Shown here: one piece after another, positions 10,153-17,723 of the stretch | Numbering within the stretch: position 1 is the first letter of the stretch | Layout of the letters: every line of letters starts with the position of its first letter | DNA from: an uncultured Clostridium sp. | GTDB taxonomy: Bacteria; Bacillota; Clostridia; TANB77; CAG-508 | Length of the DNA stretch: 33,498 bases | NCBI GenBank assembly: GCA_900556865.1 | Contig: USQS01000001.1 | Coordinates: 1-33,498 of the forward strand | Direction of reading: 5' to 3' | The notes under the pieces: generated by a model | Database searches by the model: none | Seen by the model: only the letters and a program-made list of their open reading frames with translations | What the model was told of the DNA's origin: nothing | Made by a program: the position numbers and the translations under genes

Positions 10153-10177
10153 TTTTAGAGAAAGGAATTTATTTTTA

Positions 10178-10888
10178 ATGGAAGATTTTAAGAAAGATTT
10201 TTGTTTGTATTTTGAAGAAGAAATTGATGATAATAAAATTCAAAAGTTTTATGATTATATGAATTTATTAGTTGAATGGAATAAAAAGATAAATTTAACA
10301 GCAATAACAGAAGAAAAAGATATTATTTTAAAACATTTTGTGGATTCTTTAACAGTATTAAAATATATTAAAGATAATAAAAATATTGTAGATGTGGGCA
10401 CCGGAGCAGGTTTTCCGGGAATTCCATTGGCTATTATGAATGATAGTTTAAAAATTACTTTAGTAGATTCTTTAAATAAAAGAATAAATTTTTTAAATGA
10501 AGTTTGTAGTAAAATTAAGTTGAAAAATACAAAAGCTATTCATTCAAGAGCAGAAGAGTTGGGGCGAGATAATAATTATAGGGAAAGCTATGATATAGCA
10601 ATTTCAAGAGCAGTTTCAAACCTTACAGTTTTAGCAGAATATTTATTGCCATTAGTAAAAGTTGGTGGAAAAATTATATGCATGAAAGGTCCAGATATAG
10701 AAGAAGAATTAAAACAAGCAAAATCTGCAATTGATATATTAGGTGGAAAATTTGAAAGATGTGATAATTTTTGTTTGCCCAAAAGTGATATAAGTAGAAA
10801 TATTATTATTATAAACAAAATAAAAGAAACTCCAAAAAAATATCCAAGAAAGGCAGGTACTCCTGTAAAAACCCCATTATTTTTATAG
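10178..10888 (+). CDS. rsmG: 16S rRNA (guanine527-N7) methyltransferase RsmG (GidB)
   Basis: 236 aa with the SAM-binding motif VDVGTGAGFPGIPLAI, following mnmG. Confidence 0.93.
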   Translation: MEDFKKDFCLYFEEEIDDNKIQKFYDYMNLLVEWNKKINLTAITEEKDIILKHFVDSLTVLKYIKDNKNIVDVGTGAGFPGIPLAIMNDSLKITLVDSLNKRINFLNEVCSKIKLKNTKAIHSRAEELGRDNNYRESYDIAISRAVSNLTVLAEYLLPLVKVGGKIICMKGPDIEEELKQAKSAIDILGGKFERCDNFCLPKSDISRNIIIINKIKETPKKYPRKAGTPVKTPLFL

Positions 10889-11373
10889 AATAAAGATAGA
10901 ATTGGAACTTAAAAGAAAGTAATACTTTCAAAACAATTTTTATGTTTAGTAAAATTTGATTATAAAAGTTAATATATAAAATTTAAAAAGTGAGCAAAGT
11001 ACTAATTTTTTAGGAAAATAAAGCTTACTTTTTTTGTTCGCCCAAAATGGCTGAAAGTATTGAGTACACTATGCTGGCTCTGTGTGGAACAATTCCGTGG
11101 AACATTTGTTGAATTTAAAGTAAGGGTGGATTTTGTCGAATTTTGTCGAATAATGTAATAAAATAACGCTTTTTATTGGTATAACTAGCGTTGAAGAACT
11201 ATGTTTTCATAATAAATTCAAATAAACTATGTATTATGAAGTAGATTATTCCAATTCACACTCGCTTTCGCGATATTTCAAAACAATATAGTATCAAATT
11301 TTTAAGTCAAATATTGATAAGATGTAATTTGTAACAAATTAAAGAAATTTATTCTTAAATTTTAAAAATAATA

Positions 11374-11402
11374 TTGACATATTTTTAGAATTTGTATATT
11401 AT
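11374..11402 (+). promoter_or_regulatory. Candidate sigma-A promoter for parA-parB
   Basis: TTGACA 11374-11379, a 17-nt spacer, then TATTAT 11397-11402. Confidence 0.45.
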
Positions 11403-11485
11403 ATAGGTACAGAAAAAAAGAGGAAAAAATACAGAATATGAAGTTTACATAAAAACACTTTTAAGATAAAAATGGAGGGAGCAAA

Positions 11486-12274
11486 TTGGGAAAAATAATA
11501 TCAGTAGCAAATCAAAAAGGTGGAGTTGGAAAAACAACTACAACGGTAAATTTAAGTACTATTTTAGCAAGAAGAGGAAAAAAAGTTCTATTAATAGATA
11601 CTGACCCTCAAGGGAATGCAACAAGCGGACTTGGAATGGACAAGGAAGTAGAATTTTCAACATATGATTTATTAATTACAGACATTTTACCAGAAGATAT
11701 AATTCAAGAAACACCTATAAAAAATCTATATATTTCGCCTTCTAACATGAATCTTGCTGGAGCAGAGGTTCAGCTTGTTTCTATGATGTCAAGAGAACAA
11801 AGAATGAAAGAAAAGTTAGATAGCATTAAAGATAGGTTTGATTTTATATTAATAGATTGTCCACCATCACTAGGGTTAATTACTTTAAATGCATTTACAG
11901 CATCAGACAGTGTCTTAATTCCGGTTCAATGTGAGTATTATGCATTAGAAGGGTTAGGACAACTATTAAATACCGTAGAATTAGTAAAAAAACACCTAAA
12001 TAAGAATTTATATGTAGAGGGTGCTTTACTTACAATGTATGATATAAGAACAAACCTTGCAAACCAAGTTGTAAAAGAGGTTAAAAGATTTTTTCAAAAT
12101 AAGGTGTATAGAACAGTTATACCAAGAAATGTTAAAGTTAGCGAAGCACCAAGTTATGGAATGCCAATAACAATTTATGACCCAAAATCAAAAGGGGCAA
12201 GGAGTTATGAGAAATTTACAAAAGAATTTCTAAAAATAAATGAACTAGAACAAAAAGCAAAGCGTATGAGATAA
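11486..12274 (+). CDS. parA: Chromosome partitioning ATPase ParA/Soj
   Basis: 262 aa with the deviant Walker A KGGVGKTT. TTG start after a GGAGGGAG Shine-Dalgarno sequence. Confidence 0.93.
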   Translation: MGKIISVANQKGGVGKTTTTVNLSTILARRGKKVLLIDTDPQGNATSGLGMDKEVEFSTYDLLITDILPEDIIQETPIKNLYISPSNMNLAGAEVQLVSMMSREQRMKEKLDSIKDRFDFILIDCPPSLGLITLNAFTASDSVLIPVQCEYYALEGLGQLLNTVELVKKHLNKNLYVEGALLTMYDIRTNLANQVVKEVKRFFQNKVYRTVIPRNVKVSEAPSYGMPITIYDPKSKGARSYEKFTKEFLKINELEQKAKRMR

Positions 12275-12296
12275 AAATTTAAATTTTGGAAGGAAT

Positions 12297-13154
12297 GTGA
12301 TAAAAATGGCAAAAAATACAGGATTAGGAAGAGGACTAGATGCATTATTTTCAATGCCAATAGCAGATGATGAAAAACAAAAGGCAGGAGATGAATTAAA
12401 AAAATTAAAATTAATAGATATAGAGCCTAACAGAGAACAACCAAGAAAAACATTTGATGAAGATGCATTATCTGAATTAGCAGAATCTATAAAAAGGTAT
12501 GGAGTTATCCAACCTATAGTTGTAACGGAAAAAGCAGGATATTATGCAATAATTGCAGGGGAAAGAAGATGGAGAGCTGCAAAAATAGCAGGTCTTACAG
12601 AAATACCAGCTTTAATAAGAGACGATGACGCTAGAAAAAATAAAGAAATTTCTTTAATAGAAAATATGCAAAGAGAAGATTTAAATGCATATGAAAAAGC
12701 AGTTGGGGTTAAATCTTTAATGGAAGATTATCATCTAACTCAAGAAGAAATAGCAAAAGTACTAGGAAAAGGAAGAAGTAGTATTGCAAATACAGTAAGA
12801 GTTTTAAATTTGACTCCAGATGTATTAGAACTTGCAAAACAGGGAAAACTTACAGAAGGACATTGCAAGGCTTTACTTGCAATAACAGATGCAAAAAAAC
12901 AATATGATATGGCACTTAGGATGATTGAAAAAGGTGAATCTGTAAGACAAATTGAAAAAAAGGTTCATCATCAAAAAAATAATACAAATACAGCTGAAAA
13001 ATATGGTGCTGTATATAGAGATATAGAAGATACTTTCCAAGGCTTTTTCGGTACAAAAGTTAGAGTTGATGCTGGAAGAAGAAGTGGAAAGATAATAATT
13101 CAATATGCTAATAATAATGACTTAGAAAGAATTCTAGGTTTAATAAAGCAATAA
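12297..13154 (+). CDS. parB: Chromosome partitioning protein ParB/Spo0J
   Basis: 285 aa with GLGRGLDALF and the IIAGERRWRAA ParB-box motifs plus a helix-turn-helix region. The start may be GTG 12297 or ATG 12306. Confidence 0.93.
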   Translation: MIKMAKNTGLGRGLDALFSMPIADDEKQKAGDELKKLKLIDIEPNREQPRKTFDEDALSELAESIKRYGVIQPIVVTEKAGYYAIIAGERRWRAAKIAGLTEIPALIRDDDARKNKEISLIENMQREDLNAYEKAVGVKSLMEDYHLTQEEIAKVLGKGRSSIANTVRVLNLTPDVLELAKQGKLTEGHCKALLAITDAKKQYDMALRMIEKGESVRQIEKKVHHQKNNTNTAEKYGAVYRDIEDTFQGFFGTKVRVDAGRRSGKIIIQYANNNDLERILGLIKQ

Positions 13155-13174
13155 AGATTAGGGAGGATAAAATC

Positions 13175-13666
13175 TTGGAATTTTTACATAGTGATATATT
13201 TTTAATAATATTATTTATATTGAATATAATTTTATTAGTAATGGCTATTATAAGTAATGTTAGAATAAAAAATATTCATAAAAGAGATAAAGAATTTATG
13301 GAAAAACTAGGAAATGGAAAGAACATTAAAGAAGATCTTGAAAAATATATTAATAGAGTGGCACATTCTGAAGAAGAAATAAGAAAACTTTCGGTATATT
13401 ATAAGGAACTTAATAAAAAACAAGAAAAATGTTTGCAGAAAGTTGGAATTGTAAGATACAATGCTTATAAAGATACAGGTAGTGATTTAAGTTTTGCAGT
13501 ATGCTTATTAGATGAAAAAAATGATGGTATAGTATTTAATGGAATATATTCAAGAGATATGTCAAACATATATGCAAAACCAATTCATAATGGCGAATCT
13601 AGATATAAAGTAACGCCAGAAGAGAGTGAAGCCATATTAAAAGCCATGAATATGCAAATAGATTGA
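13175..13666 (+). CDS. DUF4446-family membrane-anchored protein commonly found after parB in Firmicutes
   Basis: 163 aa with an N-terminal TM helix and a VGIVRYNAYKDTGSDLSFAVCLLDEKNDG core typical of that family (recognised from memory). Confidence 0.7.
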   Translation: MEFLHSDIFLIILFILNIILLVMAIISNVRIKNIHKRDKEFMEKLGNGKNIKEDLEKYINRVAHSEEEIRKLSVYYKELNKKQEKCLQKVGIVRYNAYKDTGSDLSFAVCLLDEKNDGIVFNGIYSRDMSNIYAKPIHNGESRYKVTPEESEAILKAMNMQID

Positions 13667-13719
13667 TAGCTATAATGTATGGCTTTTCAAGTTTTTTTGT
13701 AAAAATTGAAAAAAATTGC

Positions 13720-13748
13720 TTGACAAGGAAGTTAAAAAGTGGTAATAT
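13720..13748 (+). promoter_or_regulatory. Promoter of tRNA-Ser(UGA)
   Basis: TTGACA 13720-13725, a 17-nt spacer, then TAATAT 13743-13748. Confidence 0.6.
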
Positions 13749-13780
13749 AGAAAATGCCGTATGGCTTTTATTTTTGATGA

Positions 13781-13872
<92 letters not shown>

Positions 13873-13902
13873 AATAAAATATTAAACAAGACATTTCAAA
13901 AG

Positions 13903-13927
13903 GTTGCTATTTTTATAGCGACTTTTT
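13903..13927 (+). terminator. Rho-independent terminator after the first tRNA-Ser
   Basis: GTTGCTAT / ATAGCGAC stem (one G-U pair), 4-nt loop, then TTTTT. Confidence 0.6.
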
Positions 13928-13966
13928 GATTGGTTAATAAAATTAATAACAAAATAAGAAAAATTA

Positions 13967-13995
13967 TTGACTAGATGAAAAAAATATATTATAAT
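13967..13995 (+). promoter_or_regulatory. Promoter of tRNA-Ser(GCU)
   Basis: TTGACT 13967-13972, a 17-nt spacer, then TATAAT 13990-13995. Confidence 0.65.
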
Positions 13996-14027
13996 AAACA
14001 CGTTGGCGATGAAAATTATAATTATAT

Positions 14028-14117
14028 GGAGTAGTACCCAAGTGGTGAAGGGGATTGTTTGCTAAACAATTAGGTCGAGAAATCGGCGCGGAGGTTCGAA
14101 CCCTCTCTACTCCGCCA
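14028..14117 (+). tRNA. tRNA-Ser, anticodon GCU
   Basis: Acceptor GGAGTAG/CTACTCC, anticodon stem ATTGT/ACAAT with loop TTGCTAA, long variable arm, T-loop GGAGG-TTCGAAC-CCTCT, encoded CCA. Confidence 0.92.
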
Positions 14118-14140
14118 GAAAGTGTTATAATTACGCAAAA

Positions 14141-14180
14141 AAATACACATTAAGCATTAACGTTTAATGTGTATTTTTTT
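14141..14180 (+). terminator. Rho-independent terminator after the second tRNA-Ser
   Basis: ATACACATTAA / TTAATGTGTAT 11-bp stem followed by a T7 run. Confidence 0.8.
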
Positions 14181-14525
14181 ATTACATAAGAATAAGGTTG
14201 AAATAAATTTGTTTAATATAAAGTATCAGGTATTAAAAATAATTTTTTTAAAATAAGTGTTAGGGGAGTCTAATAAAGGAAAAGAGGAATAAAATTAAAA
14301 GGTAAGCAAGCATATGTTTTTTATAATATACACAGAAATTTGCAAAGTAAATTTCGTAGGCGAACAAAGACGGACCATGTAAGAATATCAAAAAGTCAAA
14401 TAATTTTAGTCATGCCCCTTTTGTTTTTAAATATTGTAAAAGAATCATAAAAATTAATAAAAAAAGCCTAAAAATGTTTGTTTTTGTCGTTTTTTAAACT
14501 TTTTTGGAAAAATTTTAAAAAAAAG

Positions 14526-14554
14526 TTGCACTAATTAAAAAAATAGGTTATAAT
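14526..14554 (+). promoter_or_regulatory. Promoter of the pilin-like gene trio
   Basis: TTGCAC 14526-14531, a 17-nt spacer, then TATAAT 14549-14554. Confidence 0.6.
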
Positions 14555-14582
14555 TTAATTAGTATAGTAAGATGGTGGTATT

Positions 14583-15006
14583 ATGAAGAAAAATGTTTTA
14601 AATATATTAATATTATCAATGATTATGATTATAAGTTTTTCAGCAAACTGTTTAGCTGTACAAGTAGAAAATGAGCGGACAGTGCCTTGTTAAAGTTGCC
14701 GAGGCAAAGGAACCTGAAAAATCGCAAGAAAAAGAATTAGATGCAGATTTTTGGAAACCAGATACTCCGACTAAAAGTGAAAAATTTGAATCAAAAGTTG
14801 GAATATTATTAGGAGTAATTAAAAATTTTGGTATTGTAATTTCAGTAATAACATTAGCAATAATAGGTTTAAGAGCTATGTTTGGTAGTGTTGAAGAAAG
14901 GTCAGACTACAAAGAATCCTTACCAACACATTTAATAGGAGTAATAATTTTGTTAGCATGTACAGTATTACCAGATATTATATACAAAATAGCAATAAAC
15001 TTTTAA
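14583..15006 (+). CDS. VirB2/TrbC-like small membrane protein, paralog 1, with a +1 frame break at CGG 14676-14678
   Basis: ATG 14583 encodes the signal peptide MKKNVLNILILSMIMIISFSANCLA-VQVENE, and this frame stops at 14691-14693. The +1 frame from GGA 14677 (track ORF 14671-15006) carries two hydrophobic helices around GSVEERSDYKESL, as in paralogs 2 and 3. Confidence 0.6.
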
Positions 15007-15023
15007 AAAGGGGGTGTCATATT

Positions 15024-15428
15024 ATGAAAAAGTTATATTTAATAATTATAATATTGATATCAGTTATAATATGTATACCTACAATTACAAAAGCAAGTAT
15101 GATAGATGATGTAATATCAGGTGCAGATACTTTTTTAAATACAGAACCCGAAAAAGATAAAAATAATTTAGGTGGAGGTACATCTAAAGTTGATGAGCAA
15201 CAACTTAAAGAAGTGTCAACAGGACTATATAATATTTTATTTTATATAGGAATTGCAATAACGGTTTTAGTAGGAGCTGTTATGGGAATACAATTTATGA
15301 TGGCAAGTGCAGAAGGAAAAGCAAAAATTAAAGAAGCTCTTATTCCGTATATAATAGGTTGTTTTGTAATATTCGGCTCATATGGAATATGGAGAATATG
15401 CGTAAAAATATTTACTAGTTTAGATTAA
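15024..15428 (+). CDS. VirB2/TrbC-like small membrane protein, paralog 2
   Basis: Shine-Dalgarno GGGGGTG then ATG 15024. The protein has a signal peptide (..ITKA-SM) and two TM helices around ASAEGKAKIKEAL. The track start at 14958 overlaps the previous gene and lacks a Shine-Dalgarno sequence. Confidence 0.6.
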   Translation: MKKLYLIIIILISVIICIPTITKASMIDDVISGADTFLNTEPEKDKNNLGGGTSKVDEQQLKEVSTGLYNILFYIGIAITVLVGAVMGIQFMMASAEGKAKIKEALIPYIIGCFVIFGSYGIWRICVKIFTSLD

Positions 15429-15495
15429 AAAAGATATTAACTTTCTGATTAATAGTCAGAGTTTATATAAAAAATTTTAAAGGGAGGAACATAAA

Positions 15496-15861
15496 ATGAA
15501 AAACAAAATAGCAAAAATTATAACAATACTTTTATCTGTATCTTTTCTAATGTGTACTTTAAATACAACTGTATTAGCAGCAAATGGAAAGATGACTACA
15601 CCAGGTGATTTAGATAAACAAGTTACATATGGAGATTCTTCTGAATTTCTAAAAATTGCCGGAAAAGTTATGGGATTTATCAGAAATATTGCTGTAATTG
15701 GTGGAGTATTGTTATTAATGATATTAGGTGTTAAATACATGATGGGAAGTGTTGAAGAAAAAGCAGATTACAAAAAGTCTTTAGTGCCTTTAGTTGTAGG
15801 TATATTAGTTGTAATGGCAGCAACACAAATTATGACAATGGTAATTAACTTTTTCCAATAA
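15496..15861 (+). CDS. VirB2/TrbC-like small membrane protein, paralog 3
   Basis: Shine-Dalgarno AGGGAGGA. The protein has a signal peptide (..VLA-AN) and two TM helices around GSVEEKADYKKSL, which nearly matches the paralog 1 loop. Confidence 0.6.
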   Translation: MKNKIAKIITILLSVSFLMCTLNTTVLAANGKMTTPGDLDKQVTYGDSSEFLKIAGKVMGFIRNIAVIGGVLLLMILGVKYMMGSVEEKADYKKSLVPLVVGILVVMAATQIMTMVINFFQ

Positions 15862-15870
15862 AATAAAAAA

Positions 15871-15932
15871 CTGGGGAAAAATAAATCCTCGGTTTTTTTA
15901 TGTATTAAGAAGAAAATGTTTTCTTAATACAT
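15871..15932 (+). terminator. Two adjacent hairpins ending the pilin-like unit
   Basis: CTGGGG / CCTCGG stem (with G-U pairs) plus a T7 run at 15893-15899, then a perfect 12-bp inverted repeat ATGTATTAAGAA / TTCTTAATACAT at 15900-15932. Confidence 0.5.
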
Positions 15933-16077
15933 AAAAAAATCATATATAATTAAAAAAAATATTTAAAATTGACAAAATATTTGCGGAAATAGGCAAAACA
16001 GAATTTTTGAACAAAATATTTCAATATTACAATATTTTTACAATTATATTAAATTTTGTTTTTTTATGACAAAAACC

Positions 16078-16106
16078 TTACAATTCTGGCAAAGATCTGT
16101 TATAAT
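16078..16106 (+). promoter_or_regulatory. Extended -10 promoter of the T4SS core operon
   Basis: TTACAA 16078-16083, a 17-nt spacer, then TGtTATAAT ending at 16106. Confidence 0.6.
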
Positions 16107-16146
16107 GTATATAGGAAAAAATCTAAAAATAAAGGAGGAATTTATT

Positions 16147-16516
16147 ATGGCAGGAGGTCCATATAATATACCTAGAAATTATAAGGGAGAAGGAAAAATA
16201 TTATACATATTTTCAACAAAAGGATTAATATATACTGCAATAGGAATAGCAATAGGGTTATTATTTTTCTATATTTTTAGATTAATTGGAATGACAACAG
16301 TTGGTTTTGTTGTTATGGCGGTATTTGGAGCAATTGGTTTTGCTATTGCAACATTTAAAATACCAGATACAAAAAAATTCGAATTTACAACAAAAACGGG
16401 ACGGAGAGAACATAGACACAATTATAACAAGATGGATTAAATTTAAAATGAAACATAAAAGAATATATGTGTATAAAGAAGAAATGACAAAAGAGGAGGA
16501 AAATGAAAATGGATAA
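16147..16516 (+). CDS. PrgI/TcpE/VirB3-like small membrane protein with a +1 frame break at CGG 16402-16404
   Basis: Shine-Dalgarno AAGGAGGA then ATG 16147. The protein has two TM helices followed by FKIPDTKKFEFTTKTG. The +1 frame from GGA 16403 (track ORF 16301-16516) continues GENIDTIITRWIKFKMKHKRIYVY, the kind of C-terminal tail seen in PrgI-family proteins. Confidence 0.6.
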
Positions 16517-17723
16517 AACAACTCAATTAGGTATAGTTTTACTTATGGTAATAGTTTTTATTATAATAATTTGTTTTATAATTCTTGGTGTAATGAAATT
16601 AAAAGAAAAAAGAAAAAGTAAAGAAAAAAAAGGTATGGAAGAACAAGAAGAAAAAAGTACAATACAACAAAACTACAGCGAACAATCAATATTTAATTTT
16701 ATGGAATTTGATAAAATAGAAGATAACATGATAATACAAAATAAAGGAAAAAAATTCTTAATGGTAGTAAAATGCCAAGGTGTAAACTATGACTTGATGT
16801 CTGGGGTAGAAAAAGCAAGTGTTGAACAGGGCTTTTTACAATATTTAAATGCACTTAGATATCAAATACAAATATATGTACAAACAAGAACTGTAGATTT
16901 AGAGAGTAGTATTAGTACATATAAAGATAAAATAAAATTATTAGGAAATAATTTAGTACAAAAAGAATTGCTATATAATCAACATGTAAAAGATGGAATT
17001 TATCCACAAGACAAATTAATGGAAGAAAAAAGAGAAGTAGCAAAAATAAGAAACCTTTATGAATATGGTGTTGATATTGTAAACAATACAGAAAGAATGA
17101 GCTTAAATAAAAGCATATTAAGTAAACAGTATTATATAATTATTCCATATTATGCAGAAGAAATTGGAACAGCAGATTATAGTAAAGATGAAATACAAAA
17201 TATGGCTTTTTCTGAACTATATACAAGAGCTCAATCTACAATTAGTTTATTATCGGTTTGTGGAGTTATGGGGCAAATATTAGATTCTGTTGAAATTTCT
17301 AATTTATTATATATGGCATATAACAGAGATGAAGCAGAAGTTTATGATTTAAGAAAAGCAATAGCTGCAAGATATGATGAAATGTATACAACTGCGCCAG
17401 ACGTTATAGCTAAAAAGATAAAAGAGTTAGATAAACAAATAGAAAAAGAAGCATATGAAAGAGCGAATGATGCCGTTCTAGAAGTAAGACAAGAAAATGA
17501 AAAAGAAAAAATATTAAAGCAAAAAGAAGAACAATATGAGGATGCAATAAAGAAATTAGCAAAGATAATTATAGAGCGAAATAAAAATAACATTGGAACA
17601 AATACAGCAGAAAGAGCAAAAGCCAAAATAGATAATAAAGAAGAAGTAAAGAAGGAAAAGGAGGTAGAACAAAATGAAAAAGAACAAAAGACAGTACGAA
17701 GAGGAAGACCAAGAAAGGGATAA
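16503..17723 (+). CDS. Membrane-anchored protein resembling the extreme N-terminal region of Gram-positive VirB4 proteins, with a Lys/Glu-rich coiled-coil tail
   Basis: 406 aa with an N-terminal TM helix. The segment KFLMVVKCQGVNYDLMSGVEKASVEQGFLQYLNALRYQIQIYVQTR resembles VirB4/Tn916 Orf16-type N-termini (from memory). There is no nucleotide-binding motif. Confidence 0.5.
   Translation: MKMDKTTQLGIVLLMVIVFIIIICFIILGVMKLKEKRKSKEKKGMEEQEEKSTIQQNYSEQSIFNFMEFDKIEDNMIIQNKGKKFLMVVKCQGVNYDLMSGVEKASVEQGFLQYLNALRYQIQIYVQTRTVDLESSISTYKDKIKLLGNNLVQKELLYNQHVKDGIYPQDKLMEEKREVAKIRNLYEYGVDIVNNTERMSLNKSILSKQYYIIIPYYAEEIGTADYSKDEIQNMAFSELYTRAQSTISLLSVCGVMGQILDSVEISNLLYMAYNRDEAEVYDLRKAIAARYDEMYTTAPDVIAKKIKELDKQIEKEAYERANDAVLEVRQENEKEKILKQKEEQYEDAIKKLAKIIIERNKNNIGTNTAERAKAKIDNKEEVKKEKEVEQNEKEQKTVRRGRPRKG

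Noticed and set aside
14958-15023. Upstream extension of pilin-like paralog 2 given by the ORF track
   Set aside because: It overlaps the end of paralog 1 and lacks a Shine-Dalgarno sequence. ATG 15024 has a GGGGGTG Shine-Dalgarno sequence and yields a proper signal peptide.
15973-16146. Long open frame upstream of the PrgI-like start, including a CGGA at 15984-15987 that would link TTG-CGG to this frame
   Set aside because: The stretch contains the extended -10 promoter at 16078-16106. The real start at 16147 has a strong Shine-Dalgarno sequence. The upstream zero-frame 'ORF' is only a couple of codons long, so this is treated as chance.
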